Source: an uncultured delta proteobacterium (GTDB taxonomy: Bacteria > Myxococcota > Myxococcia > Myxococcales > Myxococcaceae). From it: 64,000 bases of DNA. The position numbers and the translations under genes are program-made. This document shows positions 32,920 through 47,254 of the stretch, piece by piece. Within the stretch, counting starts at the first letter, position 1. Every line of letters starts with the position of its first letter. Below the pieces are notes generated by a model. The model had not been told where the DNA came from. It saw nothing but the letters and a program-made list of their open reading frames with translations, and searched no databases. The stretch is taken from positions 192,001 through 256,000 of the forward strand of contig CAVQKE010000005.1 of assembly GCA_963713045.1 (NCBI GenBank), given 5' to 3'.

Positions 32920-33888
32920 TCACTCCGCCGGTACCATCACCGTCGAGGCCGCCGGCGGTCCGTTGCCCGAGAGGAACCGGACGACATTTGGGCCGACGCG
33001 CGCCTCGCAAAACATGGCCGCCACGTGCCCGCACCCGTTGTAGACCTCCAACACCGAGTCGGGGACGGCTCGGTGCATGGCCTCGCCGAGGGCGAGCGGT
33101 GTCAGTGCGTCCTGTTGTCCCCAGACGAGCAGCAGCGGCACCGTCAACGAGGACAGCCGACTGTCCAGGGGTTCACTCGCGGCGCCCATCGACCGCAACG
33201 CACGCTCGATGACCCAACGACGCTTCGCGAAGTGGCGGATGACGTCCTCTTTCACGAAGAGAGGAATTGGCATGGGGTGGGGCGTGATGAGTGCCAGCAG
33301 TGCATCCACCTCGCCCGGCGTCCGGGGTGCAAGCACCGCCACGTCAAAGTCACGGTGGAAGGGGATGCCGGCACTGTCCATCAAGACCAGCCGTGTCACG
33401 CGCTGGGGCTGCTCGAGTGCCACGGTTGCAGCAATCCATCCCCCCATGGAGATGCCGATGAGCGCCACACGGTCGAGGCCGAGTGCCGCGAGAAAGGACT
33501 CGACGAAACGGGCTTGCTCAGGGACGGAGTAGGTGCGGTCCGGTGGTGCCGCCGTGCTGCCGTAGCCCGGGAGGTCCATCGCGTAGACGTGGTACCCCGC
33601 CCGCACCAGGCGGGGAAGTAGGGCAGCCCAGTCGAGCGCTTGAGACCCCAACCCATGGACCAGGACGACGGGCTCGCCAGCGCCGCCCTCGAGGTAATGC
33701 GTCCGCACGCCCTCGACCGTCAGAGAGTGACTATGCACGCCCCACAAGAAGAGACGCGCTTGGCTGAGCGCGAACGCGCAGCGTAGCGGCGACCGAGCAA
33801 GAGTGCCCAGAGCGGCAGCCAGCATGAGGGCGAAGAGGATTCCCCACAGAGGCCACGTCGGGCGGCGCCTCTCACTGTGGTTCGCCAT
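32920..33888 (-). CDS. Alpha/beta hydrolase with N-terminal membrane anchor
   Basis: VHGLG, DLPGYG, nucleophile GISMGG, WGQQD, CGH. Confidence 0.88.
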   Translation of the reverse strand: MANHSERRRPTWPLWGILFALMLAAALGTLARSPLRCAFALSQARLFLWGVHSHSLTVEGVRTHYLEGGAGEPVVLVHGLGSQALDWAALLPRLVRAGYHVYAMDLPGYGSTAAPPDRTYSVPEQARFVESFLAALGLDRVALIGISMGGWIAATVALEQPQRVTRLVLMDSAGIPFHRDFDVAVLAPRTPGEVDALLALITPHPMPIPLFVKEDVIRHFAKRRWVIERALRSMGAASEPLDSRLSSLTVPLLLVWGQQDALTPLALGEAMHRAVPDSVLEVYNGCGHVAAMFCEARVGPNVVRFLSGNGPPAASTVMVPAE

Positions 33889-34037
33889 CCCTCTCGCTCC
33901 TTGGCCAACCAAAAGCCGGCGGAATGTAGCCGCCCCGCGGCAGTCGGCGGGGCTTTCATGACGGGGCCCCCCGGAAGTCAGTGCGAAGTGCCCAGACGGT
34001 GCCCCTCCCCTTCATGGGCGACTCGCCGCCCCGGTGC

Positions 34038-34733
34038 TCAGTCCCTCCGCATCGCGAGGGAGGCCGCCTCTCGCGCGTGAAGCGCCGTCGAGTCGAAGAC
34101 TCGGAAGGGGACGTCTTCCGGGCCGAGGCCCATCGCCAACTCGGTGCAAGCCAGTAGGACACCCTCGGCGCCCTGGGCGATGAGCGCGGTCGCAATTCGA
34201 CGCAACTCGCGCCGCGATGATTCCTCGACGCGGCCAAGAACGAGTTCGTCAAAAATGATGTGGTGGAGGATGGCCCGGTCCTCTTCGGCTGGAATGACCG
34301 AGTCGATACCATGCGCCGCGAGACGTTCCTTGTAGAAGGCCTGCTCCATCGTAAAGCGCGTGGCCAAAAGCCCCACCCGTCGCGCGTGGGCGCGTTGGAG
34401 TTCCCGCGCTGAGGCGTCAGCGATGTGCAGGAACGGAATGCGCACCCGAGCCTCAATCTGGGGAGCAACGCGGTGGAGGGTGTTGGTACACAGCACCAAA
34501 AGCTGTGCGCCGGCGCCTTCGAGGGTCGCCGCGTCAGAAGCCAGTCGCTCCCCAAGCTCATCCCAGCGTCCGGCGTGCATCAGCGTCGCCACCTCGGCAA
34601 AATCGACGCTGAGGAGAAGGATTTTCGCCGAATGAAGGCCTCCCAGTTGCTCCGCCACCATTCGATTCGCAATGTCGTAATAGGGCATGGTGGACTGCCA
34701 ACTCATCCCGCCAATCATCCCCAGCGTCCTCAT
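34038..34733 (-). CDS. Aspartate/glutamate racemase family protein (YgeA/RacX-like)
   Basis: GMIGGMSWQST, LGGLHSA, catalytic CTNT and ACTE. Confidence 0.9.
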   Translation of the reverse strand: MRTLGMIGGMSWQSTMPYYDIANRMVAEQLGGLHSAKILLLSVDFAEVATLMHAGRWDELGERLASDAATLEGAGAQLLVLCTNTLHRVAPQIEARVRIPFLHIADASARELQRAHARRVGLLATRFTMEQAFYKERLAAHGIDSVIPAEEDRAILHHIIFDELVLGRVEESSRRELRRIATALIAQGAEGVLLACTELAMGLGPEDVPFRVFDSTALHAREAASLAMRRD

Positions 34734-35083
34734 CGGCTGCTCACCCTCACCCTTCCTGGCCGCAGGGAACTGCCCAGCCGCGCCCAAACGTTCCCGTAAC
34801 GCGTGGCAGCGATTCTTGGCATCATCCTGGCCCTGGCGGCTCCGGCGCCATCACAGTTGGCCCTTTTCAGAACGAAGCAGGGCCGCAACCGTTTCCTCGC
34901 GCGCACGCCACGCTTTGGCTTTCCAGGCCTCTGAGGATGGAACCCTCCGGCGGAAGTGATTCCGGAGGGCGCACCATGAAAAGCATTGAATTTGCGTTGG
35001 AGGGATAATCTGCGCGTCGACCGCTGACTGACCGAGTTTGGTCCCGTTCCTCGTCGGTGATTCAAGAAAGCGCAGCAACGACA

Positions 35084-35117
35084 ACGGCCGGTGCCCCCGT
35101 GAAGGGACACCGGCCGT
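35084..35117 (-). terminator. Hairpin just after 5S, probable rrn terminator
   Basis: Stem ACGGCCGGTG...CACCGGCCGT followed by a weak T-rich tail on the minus strand. Confidence 0.6.
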
Positions 35118-35132
35118 CAGGACGTCAAAAAG

Positions 35133-35249
<117 letters not shown>

Positions 35250-35402
35250 AAAGCTTAACAGCATACGAAGGGCAGATGAATTTCAATTCTTGCTAAGAAG
35301 CGCTCGATCAGCGTCTCGCTTGGGCAATGAGCCCAAGCAGAGCCTCGACCTTGACCTCGAGTCCCGTACTCCCCGTGGGGGAGCATGCAAGAAACAGAGG
35401 TA

Positions 35403-38375
<2,973 letters not shown>

Positions 38376-38650
38376 ACCTTTGTTTCTCGTGTTTCACGCC
38401 CCTCCGGGCCGTAGCCCTGGGGATTGTTGAAACTCGAGATCAAGGTCCAGGCCCCTGGCTCTTCGCCACGGGACGCCTGATCGAGAATTATCCGTCCATC
38501 CTGGGTTCCTCCTCCCGGAGGTACCTGCTGGACGGCTCCTCAGCAAAAATTGAAATTGTTCTACCCTTCGTATGCAGTTTTCAAAGAGCGAGTCACCGAA
38601 GACGCCTGTAGCTACCGGCTCTCTTCAGTCAAATCGCGTTCACAGGTGTG

Positions 38651-38723
38651 TGGAGCTGATCGGGATCGAACCGACGACATCCAGCTTGCAAAGCTGGCGC
38701 TCTCCCAGCTGAGCTACAGCCCC
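38651..38723 (-). tRNA. tRNA-Ala(TGC), CCA not encoded
   Basis: GGGGCTG/CAGCTCC acceptor with G3:U70, anticodon arm CCAGC-TTTGCAA-GCTGG, GTTCGA T loop. Confidence 0.96.
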
Positions 38724-38773
38724 AGTGGCCGGCATGGTAGCACCGCATCGACCGAGCCATCCAGGTTCGGTGA

Positions 38774-38847
38774 TGGGCCTAGGTGGACTCGAACCACCGA
38801 CCTCGCGCTTATCAGGCGCGCGCTCTAGCCAGCTGAGCTATAGGCCC
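38774..38847 (-). tRNA. tRNA-Ile(GAT), CCA not encoded
   Basis: GGGCCTA/TAGGCCC acceptor, CTGATAA anticodon loop, GTTCGA T loop. Confidence 0.96.
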
Positions 38848-39114
38848 GTGGTCCGGCCCGTGGGCGGCGCTCCCAAGAACCCCCCTTGGGATGCGTCCGA
38901 ACCCGATTAAGACTCCCCTGTTTCAAAGAGCGAGCGGCCCTGCCCCTTTTTAGAAACAAAAAAGGGCCGGCTCGGCCTCTCAAAACCAAATAGCAAGTCC
39001 GGTGTCGACTGCACGAGCTGGAAACTGCACGTTGACCAAGTAGACCGAAAGCAACCCCGAGGGGCTGCCGGGATGGGCCATGTCCCTGCCGAAGCAGAGG
39101 ACCCCATCCCAGGG

Positions 39115-40669
<1,555 letters not shown>

Positions 40670-40844
40670 GAAAAGATTTGGATGTTTGAACTGGCGTTCA
40701 TCAGTGACCCCGAAGGGCCCCTGACACGCTGTTCGTACTACCATCCACGTGCCTGCTCGCCTGCCCTGTCACCAGGAGGGCGAGTGGACGTGGATGTCCT
40801 TGAATTGACTGCGGTTTCCGCAATCGTCTTGGACTTGCTATCCG

Positions 40845-40855
40845 GTTTTCAAAGA
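40845..40855 (-). promoter_or_regulatory. boxA-like antitermination element in the rrn leader (further copies in the spacer at ~38577-38589 and ~38920-38931)
   Basis: TCTTTGAAAAC / GCTCTTTGAAAAC / GCTCTTTGAAAC. Confidence 0.65.
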
Positions 40856-40973
40856 CCGAGCCGCTTCCGACCGACAGTTCCAGCGGAACCGGCAGTTGTA
40901 CGCGTCCTGTAACGACTTCGTCAAGCTGACCCGCAAAAGCAGCCTCCAATGAGGCACTTGGGCGGGGGGGCGG

Positions 40974-41002
40974 TGTCTAGCGGACGGCCGACCCCCTGTC
41001 AA
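40974..41002 (-). promoter_or_regulatory. rrn sigma70-type promoter, proximal
   Basis: TTGACA-17 bp-TAGACA followed by a GC-rich discriminator. Confidence 0.65.
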
Positions 41003-41081
41003 CTTCACCTATTTCCTAGCGTTGCCCTCCCCCGAGCGACTCCGGGCAGCTGGGCCCGGGGGGAACGATGAAGGGGCGCGC

Positions 41082-41110
41082 GATGTAGCGGACGAGACCG
41101 CGGCTGTCAA
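41082..41110 (-). promoter_or_regulatory. rrn sigma70-type promoter, distal
   Basis: TTGACA-17 bp-TACATC, 108 bp upstream of the proximal promoter. Confidence 0.55.
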
Positions 41111-41235
41111 CCTCGGACGGAAAGGCTGACCCCCGGCGCTGCTCCGCTGCTCCGCAGAACCACCCAAGAGCCCCGGCTGGGCGCCGGTGGAAACCGCAGA
41201 CAAACAACGTAACCAGGCCCCTTCTCCCGTCAAGC

Positions 41236-41928
41236 TCAGCGCGTCGGACGCCGACCGCGAGCCTTCCGCCCAGCAGCGGGCCACCGGTGCGGCTGAGCGC
41301 GTCTGCGGGGGGCCAGCGCCAGCCGGAGGCCTTCCAGCCGCACCCGGCCCCGACGGCACCGCTCCGCCACGAGGATGGCTTTCAACTCCTTCAGCGCCCG
41401 GTCCACCTCGTCATTCACCACCACGTAGTCGTAGGCCGCCAGCCCCTGCTCAATCTCCGCCCGCGCGGTCAGCATTCGACGGCGGATGGTGTCCACCCGG
41501 TCCGTGCCGCGGCTTCGCAGACGCCGCTCGAGCTCACGCAACGACGGCGGGAGGACGAAGACCAGCACCGCCTCGGGGTAGAGCCGCTGGATGCTCCGGC
41601 CCCCCTGCACATCAATGTCGAAGACGATGACGCCTCCCGAGACCAGCACCCGTTCCGCCTGACCCCGCGGCGTGCCGTAGAAGTGGCCGTGGACCTCCGC
41701 CCACTCGAGCAAATCCCCGCGCTCGATTTTTCGGGCGAAGGTCCGCTCGTCCACGAAGTGGTAGTCCCTCCCGTCGCGCTCGAGACCGCGACGTGGGCGC
41801 GTGGTGACGCTGACCGAAAACTCGGCGCCGTCCACCTCGCGCACCAGGCGCCGAGCAAGGGTCGTCTTCCCCGTGCCGGACGGGGCCGAGAGGGCCAACA
41901 GGAGGCCAGGGTGAAGCTCGGGGGCCAT
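41236..41928 (-). CDS. gmk: Guanylate kinase
   Basis: SAPSGTGKTT, SVTTRPRR, DYHFV, YGTP, DIDVQG, YDYVVVND. Confidence 0.95.
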   Translation of the reverse strand: MAPELHPGLLLALSAPSGTGKTTLARRLVREVDGAEFSVSVTTRPRRGLERDGRDYHFVDERTFARKIERGDLLEWAEVHGHFYGTPRGQAERVLVSGGVIVFDIDVQGGRSIQRLYPEAVLVFVLPPSLRELERRLRSRGTDRVDTIRRRMLTARAEIEQGLAAYDYVVVNDEVDRALKELKAILVAERCRRGRVRLEGLRLALAPRRRAQPHRWPAAGRKARGRRPTR

Positions 41929-42812
41929 TACTCGACGTTTTGCACTTGTTCTCGGATTCGCTCCAATTCGGCCTTCAATTCCACCACCTGCGTCGAGGCC
42001 TCGGCCGATTGGATTTTGCTTCCGGCCGTATTCACTTCCCGGTTCATCTCCTGGAGGAGGAAGTCCAGCTTCCGCCCGACCGGCTCGTCCAAGGCGAGCA
42101 GCGCGCGGAACTGTCCAAGGTGGGAGTCGAGACGCGTCAACTCCTCGGCCACGTCCGTCCGTTCGGCAAACAGGGCAAGCTCCTGCGCCAGCCGGCCTGG
42201 TTCGACGCCAGCCCCGCCGGTGAGCTCAGCCAGCCGCGCGGCGAGGCGGTCCCGGTATTCCTCCACGGCGCGCGGGGCAAGGCTTTGCAGTTGCCGAACC
42301 AGCTTCGCCACCCGCTCCAGCCGAGCGCTGAGGTCTGCGCCGAGCGCGACGCCCTCCCGCTCGCGCATCGCCGACAGGCCGGTGAGCGCTTCGGCGACCG
42401 CCGCCTCCGCCGCCCGGGTCGCGGCGGCCACGTCCACCGTCGGCTCCTCCATCCGGACCACGCCCGACTGCGCCGCCACCTCGGCGGCGGTCGTCACGTC
42501 CGGAAGGCCGGTCAGTCGCGCCACCTCGGCGAGCACCGCGCGCCAGGCCTGCGCCATGGCAGCGTCGACACTGGGGATGTTTCCGGAGGACGTCGCGGCC
42601 GCGGGGCGCAGGCTGAGCTCCACAGCGCCCCGCACACAGACGGCCTTGACTTTCCGCTGTAGCTCCGGCTCGAGCGCCTGCAGCTGACGGGGCAGACGCA
42701 CCTTCACGTCGAGGTATTTGTGGTTGACCGCTTTGACTTCGGCGGTGAACTCCTCGCTGCCGGCGCGGCCGTGTCCAACACCAAAGCCAGTCATGCTGCG
42801 CAGGGTCCCCAA
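41928..42812 (-). CDS. yicC: YicC/YloC family endoribonuclease (start TTG 42812 or ATG 42794)
   Basis: SMTGFG, VNHKYLD, EELTRL, GRKLDFLLQEMNREVNT, REQVQNVE. Confidence 0.93.
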   Translation of the reverse strand: MGTLRSMTGFGVGHGRAGSEEFTAEVKAVNHKYLDVKVRLPRQLQALEPELQRKVKAVCVRGAVELSLRPAAATSSGNIPSVDAAMAQAWRAVLAEVARLTGLPDVTTAAEVAAQSGVVRMEEPTVDVAAATRAAEAAVAEALTGLSAMREREGVALGADLSARLERVAKLVRQLQSLAPRAVEEYRDRLAARLAELTGGAGVEPGRLAQELALFAERTDVAEELTRLDSHLGQFRALLALDEPVGRKLDFLLQEMNREVNTAGSKIQSAEASTQVVELKAELERIREQVQNVE

Positions 42813-42875
42813 GCGGGCAGCGTTGTAGGGCCCCACGGCCCCCGCCCGTCAAGTAGTACTGTCCGGCGCCCTTCT

Positions 42876-43979
42876 ATGTCGCCGCTCAAGCGCCTCGAGG
42901 GCTGGGCCAAGCGAGCACTGGCGCTCTTGGCCGCAGCCTTTTTTTTCCGCCCGTCCCGCCGCGCGCGCGCGCCGGGCCGGCTCGCCGCGGCGCGGCGCGT
43001 TCTTTTGGTGCGCGTGGATGACCGGATGGGCGAAGCGCTTCTCCTCACCCCGCTGCTCTCCGCCCTGAAAGCCCGCGTCCCGGCTTTCCACGTCCAGGCG
43101 CTGGTCCACGCCAGCTGCGGCCGGGTGCTGGAAGGGCACCCCGCGCTGGACGGCCTTTTGACGCTGGACCGCCGCGCCCTCTTCCTCGGGCCGTTGGCTC
43201 CCGGCATCCGTGCAGCCCGCAGGCAGGGGCCCTGGGACGTGGTGGTGGATTGCGGAAACTGGGAAGTGCCCTCGGTCACGTCCGCGCTGGTGGCGCGCGC
43301 CTTGGCTGCCGGGGCCATCCTCATCGGGCCGGACGTCTGGCCCACCGGGCTCCTCGACGACGTGCCGGTGCGGCCTCGGGCCGACACGCGCTCCGAGGTG
43401 GGACAGCGGCTTCACCTTCTTTCACCGCTGCTGGGGGAGGTGCCACCCGCCAGGCCCTCTTTCCGCAGACCTCGACCGGCGGAGCCGCTCCGTCCACTGC
43501 TGGCAGAGGTGGCTGCGCGACCGCATGCCGTCCTTGTTCCCGGCGGGCGCCTCGGCTGGCGCCGGATTCCTCCGGACGCATTTGCCGCCGCCGCCCGCGC
43601 CCTGAGCGCACTCGGCCGTCGTCCCCTGGTGGCATGGGGGCCTGGGGAGGAGGCTTTGGCCCAGTCGGTCGTCGCGGCAGCTCCTGGCGCCGTCCTCCTT
43701 CCAGCCACGGACCTGGACGCCCTCGCCGCCGTGCTGGGCGCCGCCGGCTGCACGGTTTGCAACAACAGCGGGCCGTTGCATCTCTCGGTCGCGATGGGCG
43801 CCCCGACCCTCGGCCTATTCCTCAAAATGGACGCTGCGCGCTGGGGGTACGCAGAGGCACCGCACCAAATGCTCGACCTGACGCCGGCGTTCGAGCGGGG
43901 CGAGCCGCTCGAGGCGCTGGTGGCCGAAGCCACCGTGTCGTTCGCCCGGATGCTGCCCGCTCCCAAAGAAGGCTGGTAG
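42876..43979 (+). CDS. Glycosyltransferase family 9 (heptosyltransferase-like)
   Basis: RVDDRMGEALL-TP, WGPGE, CNNSGPLHLSVAMGAPTLGLF. Confidence 0.85.
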   Translation: MSPLKRLEGWAKRALALLAAAFFFRPSRRARAPGRLAAARRVLLVRVDDRMGEALLLTPLLSALKARVPAFHVQALVHASCGRVLEGHPALDGLLTLDRRALFLGPLAPGIRAARRQGPWDVVVDCGNWEVPSVTSALVARALAAGAILIGPDVWPTGLLDDVPVRPRADTRSEVGQRLHLLSPLLGEVPPARPSFRRPRPAEPLRPLLAEVAARPHAVLVPGGRLGWRRIPPDAFAAAARALSALGRRPLVAWGPGEEALAQSVVAAAPGAVLLPATDLDALAAVLGAAGCTVCNNSGPLHLSVAMGAPTLGLFLKMDAARWGYAEAPHQMLDLTPAFERGEPLEALVAEATVSFARMLPAPKEGW

Positions 43980-44042
43980 CGAATTTCACTTCTGAGACCG
44001 TCTTGTGTCGCCTTCGAGAAGAGAACGGTCGTCGAAGGCGCC

Positions 44043-44321
44043 TCACACCGGTGGCCCTTTTTCTGGCGGTGTGCGTCGGATGAGCCAGCGGAGCAGCTGG
44101 AAGACTTTGACGCCGGTGAAGACGACGGACGCGAAAAGCAGGAAGAGGAGCTTGAAGTCCCAGGGCCCGCGGAACGCGTGCACCTCGCGCAGCGCCCACC
44201 ACAAACCGATGACGGCCAACCAGCCGGCGACGGATTCCGTCCGCTTCGAAAGCGAAGCAGCACCTAAGGTGATGACCAGAAGGAGAAGGGCAATGGTCGC
44301 CAACGGGTCGAGCGTCCGCAT
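44043..44321 (-). CDS. Small hypothetical membrane protein (~3 TM, 92 aa)
   Basis: Three hydrophobic segments; GAAGGA RBS-like element before the ATG. Confidence 0.45.
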   Translation of the reverse strand: MRTLDPLATIALLLLVITLGAASLSKRTESVAGWLAVIGLWWALREVHAFRGPWDFKLLFLLFASVVFTGVKVFQLLRWLIRRTPPEKGPPV

Positions 44322-44503
44322 GAGGTGTGACCGTCCTTCCGCCGCTCGCTCAGCTTCGTTGAGACCGCTGGTCGAAGACGGTTTTGACAGTGTACCGATT
44401 CAAAGCCTCGCGGCGGTCTGAAGCGAGGCTGGAAATGCACACCCACTGCTCTGTCCCCGCTGCGCGAAGCTTTCTAGAAATTCGAGAGACCCGTCCCACA
44501 CCT

Positions 44504-45133
44504 CTAGAAGGGTTCGCCCGGCTCCATCTGTGGAATGCCATCGCGGACCGGGTAGCGCCGGCCGCAGGGCGGACAGCGCGCCTCCCCTTCCTGCCAGCCG
44601 AGGCGGCCGTGACAGCGCGGGCACACCAAGAGGGCATACAGCCGGCGCTCGCGCTCGGCCAGGACGGCCACGGCCCGCTCGGTGGTGCTGTGGCCTTTTT
44701 CGTCCCCAGCAATCGCCACCCGTCCGCCCCAGGCAGCGAGCTCCGCGCGCTCCGGTACCGTCTCGGCCGTGTAGTCCGTGCCCTTCACGTGGAGTTCGGG
44801 ACGCAGCCGGCGCAGCACCGTTGAGACGTCGGCCTCGTCGAAGAGGAGGACGTGGTCCGTGCAAGCCAGGGCTGCCACCACCTCAACGCGCTCGGCTTCC
44901 GGTACCAGGGGACGCGCGGCGCCTTTGGCCAGTCGCACCGAGCGGTCCGTGTTGACGGCGACGACGAGGACGTCGGCCAGGGCCTTGGCCCCTTCGAGGT
45001 AGCGGACGTGGCCGACGTGCAGGAGGTCAAAGGCCCCGTTGGCCAGTGCCACCGTCTTCCCAGCCGCTCGCGCCTCCTCCACCCGCTCGGCGACGGCGTC
45101 GAGGGGCTGCACTTTGTCAAGCGTCCCTGCCAC
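44504..45133 (-). CDS. HldE/RfaE domain II heptose-1-phosphate adenylyltransferase with a C-terminal Trm112-like Zn-ribbon
   Basis: NGAFDLLHVGH, VAVNTD, HVKGTDY, HSTT, then LLVCPRC...CPPCGRRYPVRDGIPQM. Confidence 0.88.
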   Translation of the reverse strand: MAGTLDKVQPLDAVAERVEEARAAGKTVALANGAFDLLHVGHVRYLEGAKALADVLVVAVNTDRSVRLAKGAARPLVPEAERVEVVAALACTDHVLLFDEADVSTVLRRLRPELHVKGTDYTAETVPERAELAAWGGRVAIAGDEKGHSTTERAVAVLAERERRLYALLVCPRCHGRLGWQEGEARCPPCGRRYPVRDGIPQMEPGEPF

Positions 45134-45136
45134 GCC

Positions 45137-46129
45137 TCAGTCCGCTTCCAGCGCAGCCCGCAACTCACTCGCGGGGACGGTGGCCGTGCCCTGCTTCTGG
45201 ACCACCAGGCCGCCCGCCACGTTCGCCAACATCGCCGCCTCGAGGGGCGTTGCGCCAGCGGCCAGGGCGACGGTGAAGGCGGCCATCACGGTGTCTCCGG
45301 CTCCCGTGACGTCGACCGCCTCCCGGGCCCCGTGGACGAAGATGGCGGTGGGTCCGGACTTCTCGAAAAGCGTCATGCCCTTCTGGCCCCGGGTGACAAG
45401 CAGGGCAGAGCAGCCCAACCGCTTCAGCGCCTCGGCGCCGGCGTCCAGAAGGCCGGCGTCGCTTGCCACATTCAAACCGGTCAGGGCTTGAAGCTCCGGC
45501 TCATTCGGCTTCGCCGCAAAAAAACCACCGAGATGCTGCAGCCCATGGCGTGAGTCCACACACACGCGGGTGTGCTGCGCCAGCCGGTGCAACTCCATGC
45601 GGACGGCCTCGCAGACGACGCCGGCCCCGTAGTCACTGACGAGAATGGCATCCGCCTCGGCGGCAGCGGCCCGCAGCTGTTCGACCAGCTGCCCAGCCGC
45701 CCGTGGCGGAAGGGGTGGCACGTTGCCACGGTCCACCCGCAGCATTTGTTGGCGGGTGGTGTTGATGCCCCCAGCCAGGATGCGCGTCTTGGTCTCGGTC
45801 CTGGGCGCGCTGGCCCCGCGTAAGTCGATGCCGGCAGCGTCCAGAAGCCTCCGCACCGCCTCGCCCATGGAGTCGTCGCCGAGGGCACCCACCACCGTGA
45901 CGTCCGCACCCAGCGCCCGGGCATTGGCTGCGGCGTTGGCTGCGCCGCCCAGCTTCACCTCGCTGGACTCATGCCGCACCACCAGCACTGGCGCCTCACG
46001 ACTGACTCTGTCCGTTTGCCCGTAGAGGTACTCGTCAGCCACCAAGTCGCCCAGCACCAGCAGCCGGCGGCTGGGAAAGGCGTCGAGGAGCGCACTGAGG
46101 GAAGCCAGGGGCGGACGGGCAGAAGGCAA
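45137..46129 (-). CDS. HldE/RfaE domain I heptose-7-phosphate kinase (PfkB fold)
   Basis: RVSREAPV, GGAANAA, KTRI, QQMLRVD, SDY, PNE-E, DVTGAGDT. Confidence 0.9.
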   Translation of the reverse strand: MPSARPPLASLSALLDAFPSRRLLVLGDLVADEYLYGQTDRVSREAPVLVVRHESSEVKLGGAANAAANARALGADVTVVGALGDDSMGEAVRRLLDAAGIDLRGASAPRTETKTRILAGGINTTRQQMLRVDRGNVPPLPPRAAGQLVEQLRAAAAEADAILVSDYGAGVVCEAVRMELHRLAQHTRVCVDSRHGLQHLGGFFAAKPNEPELQALTGLNVASDAGLLDAGAEALKRLGCSALLVTRGQKGMTLFEKSGPTAIFVHGAREAVDVTGAGDTVMAAFTVALAAGATPLEAAMLANVAGGLVVQKQGTATVPASELRAALEAD

Positions 46130-46183
46130 GAGGGCGAAGGCGGTTGTACCGAGGGTTGGCCAAGAGGGCCAGCACCCTGTGGT

Positions 46184-47254
46184 TCAGTCGCCCGGCGGCA
46201 GGCGCGCCGGGGGCGAGCTCTCGCCATGCAGCAGGGACTGGAGGGCGTCCTCCCCCTCCAAGAGAGAGACGCCCAGCCGCACCACCCACGCTGGAAAGTC
46301 CGCCGGAATGCGCATCGCGTCCTTCTCCGTCGTCACCAGCTGGGCCCTGGCTGCGCGCGCGTTGGCGGTGAGGGCTGCCAGCTCCGCTGGGGTAAACCGG
46401 TGGTGGTCCGCAAAGCCTTGCACCGCCGTCACCACAGCGCCGCACTCGTCCAGCGTCCTCTCGAAGGCGGACGGGCGTGCAATGCCGCAGAACCCGAGGA
46501 CGCGGGCACCGGACAGCTGCGAGAGGGGCAACACGCTTCGGCCCGGGCCGAGGACGTCCACCGCCGCATGGCGTGCCCGCACCACTGGAAGGCCCGCGGG
46601 CAAGCGCAGCAGCGCTGTGGCCGGGCTGGCAACCCGCAGCCACAGCAGCGAGGCCCGCCGCAGCGCCGAGGGAGGTTCGCGCAGCGGGCCCCACGGCAAA
46701 AGGTGCCCGCTGCCCAGGCCGACGGCTTCGTCCAGCACCACCACGTCCGCTTCCCGGGCCAGCCGCCGGTGCTGAAACCCGTCGTCGAGGAGAGCCACAC
46801 GCGCCCCGGCGACGTATGCCGCCCGGGCCAGCGCCACCCTGTCTGCGCCGACCCACACCGAGACGGCTGGCAGCCTCTGGGCTAGGAATAGCGGCTCATC
46901 CCCCACCTCCTCGACGGAGGGCCAGGGCGGCCCACAGACGCGGCAAAGGGTCCGGGCTCGCCGCCCGTACCCGCGGCTGAGGATGGCCACTGGCGCGCCG
47001 GCCCTCAGCAAGCGCTCCGCCAGAAAGGCCACCACCGGCGTCTTCCCAGCGCCGCCTGCGGTGAGGTTTCCCACCGAAAGGACGCGCAACCCGGGGACCG
47101 CCTCGGCGCGCAGCAGGCCCGTCTGAAAAAGGAAGTTCCGAGAGGCGACGGCGGCCGCGAAACAGGCCGCCAAGGGGGCCAGCGGCGCCCGCAGCGCTTG
47201 GCCCTTGAGGCCCAGCGACGCCGGCGGGTACCACAGGGACTCAACCCAACTCAC
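46184..47254 (-). CDS. lpxK: Tetraacyldisaccharide 4'-kinase
   Basis: SVGNLTAGGAGKTP, SRGYG, GDEP, DDGFQH, PWGPLRE, DHH, TTEKDA. Confidence 0.95.
   Translation of the reverse strand: MSWVESLWYPPASLGLKGQALRAPLAPLAACFAAAVASRNFLFQTGLLRAEAVPGLRVLSVGNLTAGGAGKTPVVAFLAERLLRAGAPVAILSRGYGRRARTLCRVCGPPWPSVEEVGDEPLFLAQRLPAVSVWVGADRVALARAAYVAGARVALLDDGFQHRRLAREADVVVLDEAVGLGSGHLLPWGPLREPPSALRRASLLWLRVASPATALLRLPAGLPVVRARHAAVDVLGPGRSVLPLSQLSGARVLGFCGIARPSAFERTLDECGAVVTAVQGFADHHRFTPAELAALTANARAARAQLVTTEKDAMRIPADFPAWVVRLGVSLLEGEDALQSLLHGESSPPARLPPGD

Noticed and set aside
41236..41330. Basic low-complexity C-terminal tail on Gmk
   Set aside because: Could be an indel at the C6 run or a drifted stop; no evidence for a domain
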